64,000 nt of DNA from Chrysomallon squamiferum. Lineage: Eukaryota; Animalia; Mollusca. The notes under the pieces were generated by a model. It was not told where the DNA came from. It made no database searches and saw nothing but the letters and a program-made list of their open reading frames with translations. Made by a program: the position numbers and the translations under genes. The stretch lies in contig CM022672.1 in the NCBI GenBank assembly GCA_012295275.1, positions 9,548,001 to 9,612,000 on the forward strand. Reading direction: 5' to 3'. Position 1 is the stretch's first letter. Every line of letters starts with the position of its first letter. This document shows positions 57,289 through 64,000 of this stretch, piece by piece.

Positions 57289-58096
57289 CAGAAAAAGCGT
57301 GATATTCATGGCCCGTATGACAGCAACAAGAACACAAGATATGTTGAGCTTTACCTTGTCAGTGATTACAGAACAGTAAGAAATTATTTTCATGTGATAG
57401 ATTCATTATCTAAACATTTCCTTTAAAAAGATTTGATGAACATTCTGAATGAATGTATGTGCACAAATTGAATATATTTTTTCTACCACAATATTAATTT
57501 ATCAGCTTTAATAATGCAAATAAATAATAAATATAGTGAGGTAAATCTGATTTGGTTTTATTGTATATTTGCATATTTATTTATTTTATTTTTTATTTTA
57601 TTTTTTTTTTTTTTGCATGTCACTGATTTAATTATTTAATTTTATTTCTATTGTTATTTTTATGATTTTTATTTGTTTTTTTTTTTTTTTTAATTTTGCT
57701 GTTAAATGTATTTGTTGTCTCAACTTTCTACAGGTTACTAGGTTTATGAGTAACAGTATTTAAAACATGTAAACGACAATTTCTATTTTGGAACAGAAAA
57801 TTATTTGAACTGTATTGTTGTGTGTTTCAGTTTGAGAGGAATAACAGAAACATGACACGGGTTATAAAGAGATCTCAAGATATAGCGAACATTGTGAGCA
57901 GGGTAATTATTTTTGTTGTATTTCAGTCTGTTTATATAGCAGTTAATGCACAAGTTGTTTCAATAATATTTCCAGTGACTACTGAAAGTTGAAAAACATA
58001 GGGTATAAATTTCCTTAAAAAATCTCTCTTTTCTGCCTTTCTGTCTCTGTGTTTCTCACATTTGCTCACTCTCTCTCATTTTTACTTTATCTGTTT

Positions 58097-58176
<80 letters not shown>

Positions 58177-58753
58177 CCTCACTTTCTTGCTGTTGTTCCC
58201 TTATTTTATTTCCATCACTCTGTCTCTTAACTTCCCCATTCTCCCTTTCCATCTCTTTCCCTCTCCTGTTTACATGTTTTTCATTTCTCTCTCCTTATAT
58301 TAATCTATCAAATTCCAGATTTTCAGCTTCAGTCATCATTTTTGTTATTTTTATTGGTTTTAGCTGTATCGCCCTCTCAACATCTACATAGCACTGGTGG
58401 GGGTAGAGGTGTGGCAGAATGGAGACCAGGTCTCCATCACAGTGAGTGCCGACACGACAATGGAGAACTTCCTCCGTTACCGACGGGAACGAATCAACCC
58501 ATACCACAGGAACGATAACGCACACCTCATTACGTAATAACTGTTTTATTGTCATGGTATCGTATACTGCTGTATATTGTCACTCAGAGCTGATTAAAAC
58601 TAGTATTACAAGATGACTTATTTAGTTTTAGTGTTGTAAGGTAATTTCATATATCGTAAATTGTGTCAGGAACAGTAGATAATATTACTTGTTTTCATTT
58701 TTTAAAATGAACTGATTAATAATCAAGAAATTTAAAATAAATAAAAAATATAA

Positions 58754-58792
<39 letters not shown>

Positions 58793-60004
58793 TAAAAGAC
58801 TCTAAATTAATTATATTGGACTAATCAAGTCATTATTATTATTATCACAGTGGTATATTCTTTGACCATGGTGTGGTGGGTAAAGCAATAAAAGGACCTA
58901 TGTGTACCTATCAGTTCTCTGGAGGAGTTAATATGGTACGTATATTTAAATTACTAGTTTTAAATGCTTGGTTCATTATTTGAACAACAAAACAATAGAA
59001 AGTGGAGGGGTGGAGAATCTGTTTCATTTCAAAACAACCAGAAGAGTTCAATTTTAAGCGTGAATATTTTCATTGTTTGTATAATAACTACTAGGTCAGT
59101 TCATTTTATCTTCTTCATTTCTTTTTTTTTTTTTGTTTCTTTGATAGCTGAAATTAATATTAAATTCAATGAATAAAATGATCTGTTTCATTAGGAAATG
59201 GTGCTCTTATTTCACTGTTATGTTTCAGGACTATGATGGTCTGGTCACTCTGGTTGCCACTACTGTGGCTCATGAAATGGGTCACAACTTTGGCATGGAA
59301 CATGACAATGACTCATCCTGTTACTGTCCTCAGGAAAAGTGTATCATGGCAGCAACTAGCGGGTTTGTATCAGTTTAACTGTTTTGTTCAGTTTGTGTCA
59401 GTTTAACTGTTTTGTTCAGTTTATCAGTTTAACTGTTTTGTTCAGTTTGTGTCAGTTTAACTGTTTTGTTCAGTTTGTATCAGTTTAACTGTTTTGTTCA
59501 GTTTATCAGTTTAACTATTTTATTCAGTTTGTATCAGTTTAACTGTTTTGTTCAGTTTGTGTCAGTTGAACTGTTTTGTTCAGTTTGTATCAGTTTAACT
59601 ATTTTATTCAGTTTGTATCAGTTTAACTGTTTTGTTCAGTTTGTGTCAGTTGAACTGTTTTGTTCAGTTTGTATCAGTTTAACTATTTTATTCAGTTTGT
59701 GTCAGTTTGTGTCAGTTTAACTGTTTTGTTCAGTTTGTGTCAGTTGAACTGTTTTGTTCAGTTTGTATCAGTTTAACTGTTTTGTTCAGTTTGTATCAGT
59801 TTAACTGTTTTGTTCAGTTTGTGTCAGTTGAACTGTTTTGTTCAGTTTTGTGTCAGTTTAACTGTTTTGTTCAGTTTGTGTCAGTTGAACTGTTTTGTTC
59901 AGCTGTTTTACAGTTCAACACTGGACTGGGTTTCAAGAGGTTTTGTGAAACATATGAAATACTTAAATTATTACCTATTACAGTTTTTAATTTACACCAT
60001 AAAT

Positions 60005-60035
<31 letters not shown>

Positions 60036-62572
60036 CACCAACAACTCCAACAAACAAGTTATTTCTTGGAAACCCAGCAAACACCCAGCAAAACAAATAT
60101 CAAATAAAACCAGTTTTAATGTTCCATACTTTATTTAATGTAAATGTGTTACAGACAAACCAGCCCCACCCAGTGGTCCTCATGTTCCAAGCTGGCCCTG
60201 CAGGAAGCCTTTGAGCTGGGCATGGATTACTGCCTGAAGAACAAGCCCACTAAGCTGTACGATGGGCCGGTGTGCGGAAACGGATTTGTCGAAGATGGGG
60301 AGGAGTGTGACTGTGGATTACCTCAGGTGAGATCAATTTTTAGAATTATACAGGTGAGAGAAATGTACAGCTTAAGACAGATGATCTAAGTTATTCAGGT
60401 GAGAGAAGTGGTTTGGTTCGTTCAGATAAAGGTGTTGGTTTATATAGGTGAAAGACGTTTGCATACAGGTTTTTTCAGGTGAGAGCTTTTAATTGAGGTC
60501 GTTTAAGAGCCACATATTTGAATATAGGTTATTCAGGTGAGAGAATATGACAATATTATACATTGCATAAACAAACTTTATTGAGTTCATACAGGTGAAC
60601 GGAATATAAATGTTACCTAGATTAGATTAAAATATAAAACAGAGCTATTTTCTGAATTAGAGCTATGACTGATATTTGCTTGCTACCATCTTTACTTCTT
60701 AAAACAAATAAAATTTGTATTTATTTATTTATTTATTTATTCATTCAAGTATTTTCATGTTTTCTAAAAGTACAGAAGATGTATCTTATAATATAATAAC
60801 TTTTTTCAGGATTGTCACAACATTTGCTGTAACTCGACAACATGCAAGCTGTACCCCCAGGCAGCCTGTGGCACTGGGAGATGTTGTGATCTCACAACTT
60901 GTCAGGTAGATTTTTACTTTCTCAGATATTACACAGTACTTTGTTTTCTTTATGTAAAAGTCAGTTGTGTCAGGTGAATGAGGTCTGATCTATAGAAATG
61001 ATAACTTGTGTTCTTCTCCTATCAAAAATCTTTTTTTTTTTTCCTTTAATACTGTCTTGTAGTGTCTCTCTCAATTCATTTTTATTATTTTTAATACATT
61101 TATTTGGCTTTTATTTTATTTTGTATTAATTTTTTTAAATAAATTTTTATTGTTATTATTAATATTTTTTTTTTTTTTTTTTTAAATAAAGAGATATCTG
61201 TGTATTAAAGTTGAAATGTCTGTTATATAGTTATTCATTTCCAAAAATTATATTAAAGATCCTTAATATATATAATAAAACGCTATTGTGTTTATGAATT
61301 ATGACTGTTCTTTATAAATTACTGTTTTATTTAAGTAACCTGATCTTTTCCAATATCTATCTATCTATCTATCTATATATATATATATATATAAAAATAT
61401 CTGTTATTTATTATCTTTGTCTTCTTTCTTTCTTTCTTTTATTTTCTTTAATTTTTGTTTTTTTATTTATTTTTATAAAATAAATAAATAAACGTCCTGC
61501 TTGTTATTTATTTATTTATTTATTTATTTATTTGTTTGTTTACAGCTGAAAGGTTCTGCAACACTGTGTCGAGAACCAGTATCTGAATGTGACTTACCTG
61601 AGTTCTGTACTGGACTGTCTGAATACTGCCCAGCTGATGTCTACAAACAGAATGGTCTCTCCTGTAAAAACTCACAGGTGTGTGTCAAAACAAGCTTTTT
61701 TCCCCGATTCCATTCACATTTTCACTAACACTGGGGGGAAGTTCTCGAATAATGTAGAATAATATTATCAGTGATTAAATTGTCAAGCTCACCTGTAAAT
61801 AAAATATAAATAATTAAATCAATAAATAGTAACAACTATTACAAAAATATATAGCAATAATAAAAACAACAATAATAGGAGTATTAATGCTAATAATAAT
61901 AGCAACGATAATAATAATAATATGATAATACTACTACTAATAATAGGACAATACTACTAACAATAGCAACAATAATGGTAATAATAATAGTAATAGTAAT
62001 AATAATAGCAATTATAATGACTAACAATAATTAAAATAAGATAGATTTTAAATTTGAAAAAAAAAAAAAAAAAAAACGAAAAACTGAAACATCAGTCTTT
62101 GAAGTTTTAATCAAATTCATTATTTGTTGAATAGAATTTAAAAAAAATAAAATTCATGTTAATTACTGATTATTTGTGAATTTGTTTTGAATTCCCCCCA
62201 GTCCTACTGTTACCAGGGCCACTGTAACACACACACTGACCAGTGCAAGCTGCTGTGGGGAAACACGGGCCGTGTCTCTGACCCTATCTGCTTTCAACAG
62301 CTCAACATGCAGGGTAATGAAGACGGCAACTGCGGCTACAACTGGACTAGAGACACCTACTACCCCTGCAGTCGACAGTAAGAACAAATAAAACAGCTTA
62401 CCAAATTTTAAAAATTAAATGTGATTTATGCTTGGATTTATTTTATTATCCAGGTTTACTTACATTTTTATTTATTTATTTATTTGTGTGTTACCTATGT
62501 TGACACTGTTATAGATGTATGAGATAAATAGCCCATTAATATACACTCAGGTTATAAAGGTATTTTTAAATG

Positions 62573-62636
<64 letters not shown>

Positions 62637-62730
62637 CACACACTCTCTCACTCACACACACACTCACACAAACACACACTCACACACTCACTCACACACA
62701 TTCATACTCAGAACTTACTCTCACTTTCAG

Positions 62731-62774
<44 letters not shown>

Positions 62775-63594
62775 TCTCACACACACTCACACACATTCAC
62801 ACTCAGAACTTACTCTCACTTTCAGTTTCACACACACACACACACTCACACTCACACACACACACACACTGTTTTACATAATCATATGTTTCACACTGTT
62901 ACACTCACTTTTTTGAATGTCTCTGTTTCAGTGATGTGATGTGTGGCTTATTGCACTGCGTACATCTCAATGAGAAACTGATGTTCTGGAGGGACAACCT
63001 TGCTCATACAATGAGAGCCTCCTTCCTCACTCGTGGTAACACACAGTATGTGTGCAGGTCTGCCATGCTGGACGTTGGTCTTGATATGCCAGACCCAGGT
63101 TTGGTTCCAGATGGAGCCAAATGTGACAAAGAAAAGGTAGTGAAATAAAAAAAAAAAAAAAAAAAAATAACAATAACAATAATTAATTAATTAATCATAT
63201 GTTGGTTTGTTTGTTTATTTTATTTATTTATTTATTTAAGTTAATTTTGTTTTTATTTTTATATCCCATTCTAACTACAATTGCTTTATGAAAAGCTATG
63301 TCATATGTTTTTCTGTCTTTGGGAAGGTGCATATAAAAAAAATCAGTTGCTGCAGAGAGTAACTAATGGGTGGCAGCAGCTAGTTTTCTTTTATGACATC
63401 ACCATATTTATTATAAATAAATAAATGTTAATATTAGTATGCAGTAATGTACATTTATTTAGAATCTTTCTAATCCTAACTACTATGATTATTAATCTTT
63501 TCAGATATGTGTAAACCAGAAGTGTGTTCCCTTAATGAAAATGTCTATTGAACAGTGTCCAACAGTTTCTAACAAATTTTGTAACAACAAAGGG
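36347..63594 (+). CDS. ADAM12: ADAM12/19/33 (Meltrin)-like disintegrin and metalloproteinase; first 18 coding exons (673 codons), 3' end beyond the window
   Basis: Exons 36347-36431 (alternative in-frame ATG at 36329), 39682-39797, 50014-50090, 55431-55512, 55737-55819, 56361-56467, 56763-56815, 57292-57375, 57831-57902, 58364-58533, 58851-58935, 59229-59362, 60155-60326, 60810-60905, 61546-61677, 62202-62377, 62932-63136 and 63505-63594 are all GT-AG and in phase. Signal peptide, prodomain ([16 protein letters not shown]), KCG cysteine switch, RKKR furin site, intact [12 protein letters not shown] zinc motif, CIM Met-turn, [23 protein letters not shown], Cys-rich domain and start of EGF domain. 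Subfamily is inferred. Confidence 0.93.
43635..43795 (-). mobile_element. Degenerate SINE fragment (Nin-type core as recalled from gastropod SINEs)
   Basis: atgggctattcgtttttgattagcaaaaagaagtctctaacacataccttcccata resembles, from memory, the reverse complement of the gastropod SINE core TGGGATGGTGCATATAAAAGATCCCTTGCTGCTAATCGAAAAGAGTAGCCCAT. A related copy lies at about 63260-63450. Confidence 0.5.
44673..45063 (-). repeat. 47-bp minisatellite, about 8 units, in ADAM intron 2
   Basis: Unit ccacagtgccacagtggcatctatcagtctgaaatcaaatgacttaa. One unit lacks the internal 8-bp duplication. Variant pairs recur 141 bp apart. Confidence 0.95.
50310..50520. repeat. Degenerate minisatellite of about 19-20 bp (tatgacactggtaattttc-like) in ADAM intron 3
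   Basis: ctatga recurs about every 20 nt, alternating with ggtaattttc / ggtattttc segments. Confidence 0.7.
59363..59921 (+). repeat. 28-bp minisatellite (about 20 units) starting exactly at the donor of the ADAM catalytic exon
   Basis: Unit gtttgt(a/g)tcagtt(t/g)aactgttttgttca. The first GT of the array is the intron 12 donor. Confidence 0.97.
62572..62870. repeat. Compound (CA)n/(CACT)n repeat with a duplicated actcagaacttactctcactttcagt segment
   Basis: Seen directly in ADAM intron 16. Confidence 0.9.
63260..63450 (+). mobile_element. Degenerate SINE fragment (Nin-type core)
   Basis: atatgtttttctgtctttgggaaggtgcatataaaaaaaatcagttgctg...tgggtggcagcagctagttttc follows, from memory, the order of motifs in a gastropod SINE (TATCCTGTCTGTGGGATGGTGCATATAAAAGA...GTGGCGACAGCGGGTTTCC). 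Confidence 0.55.
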
Positions 63595-64000
63595 GTAAGT
63601 TAATTATTTGTTTTAATACACACAGTATTAAGAAATTTGTAATGTCTTTATTTTTTGGGGGGGCCTTCGAGATTTGTGTTGGTGTTGTTTATGCAGATTA
63701 TGAATGTGCTGCACAACTCAGAAGTCAAACTCCCTGCAGTAGAGGTTGTGTCTCACTACATATACCACACACTGCAGCAACTCTACAATTAGAGAAATAA
63801 GGAAAAACATGTATTTAAATTGGTTAATCATAATTTATACTTGTTAAATAGAATCCATTTTGAACAAAGGCAAAACAATGTTCTCCATTAGTGAATCTGT
63901 TTTTTTTAGTGTTTCATTATTTTTTTTTTTTTTTTTTAAGAATTTTAACAACAAAATAATTAAATGCATTATTAAAATTTAAAAAAATAAACAAAATATA

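Noticed and set aside
59466-60138. Repetitive Cys/Phe-rich ORFs ([15 protein letters not shown])
   Set aside because: Translation of the 28-bp intronic minisatellite. The ADAM frame splices cleanly around it.

Overview
AT-rich, microsatellite-dense animal genomic DNA with spliceosomal introns. Gene content and repeat style suggest a mollusc, probably a gastropod (inference). I reconstructed five protein-coding loci by hand from splice sites. (1) A complete 10-exon SLC17/sialin-like anion transporter (+, 2047-12539, 525 aa). (2) A small orphan single-pass membrane protein exon/ORF (+, 21154-21675). (3) A complete 9-exon X-family DNA polymerase of the Pol mu/TdT clade (-, 28662-23224, 539 aa). 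(4) A five-finger C2H2 zinc-finger gene (-, 33849-29836) with a +1 frameshift and premature TAA between fingers 3 and 4. (5) The first 18 coding exons of an ADAM12/19/33-like metalloprotease (+, 36347 to beyond the window). The most notable items are the TdT-like active-site signature of the polymerase, its triplicated splice acceptor and GC-AG intron, the zinc-finger frameshift, several tandem repeats anchored on splice sites, a minisatellite built from a tRNA-like SINE head, and a candidate recursive splice site. Most ORFs in the supplied track are microsatellite artefacts. No prokaryotic-type system (CRISPR, operon) is present. Homology statements come from recall of protein families, not from searches.
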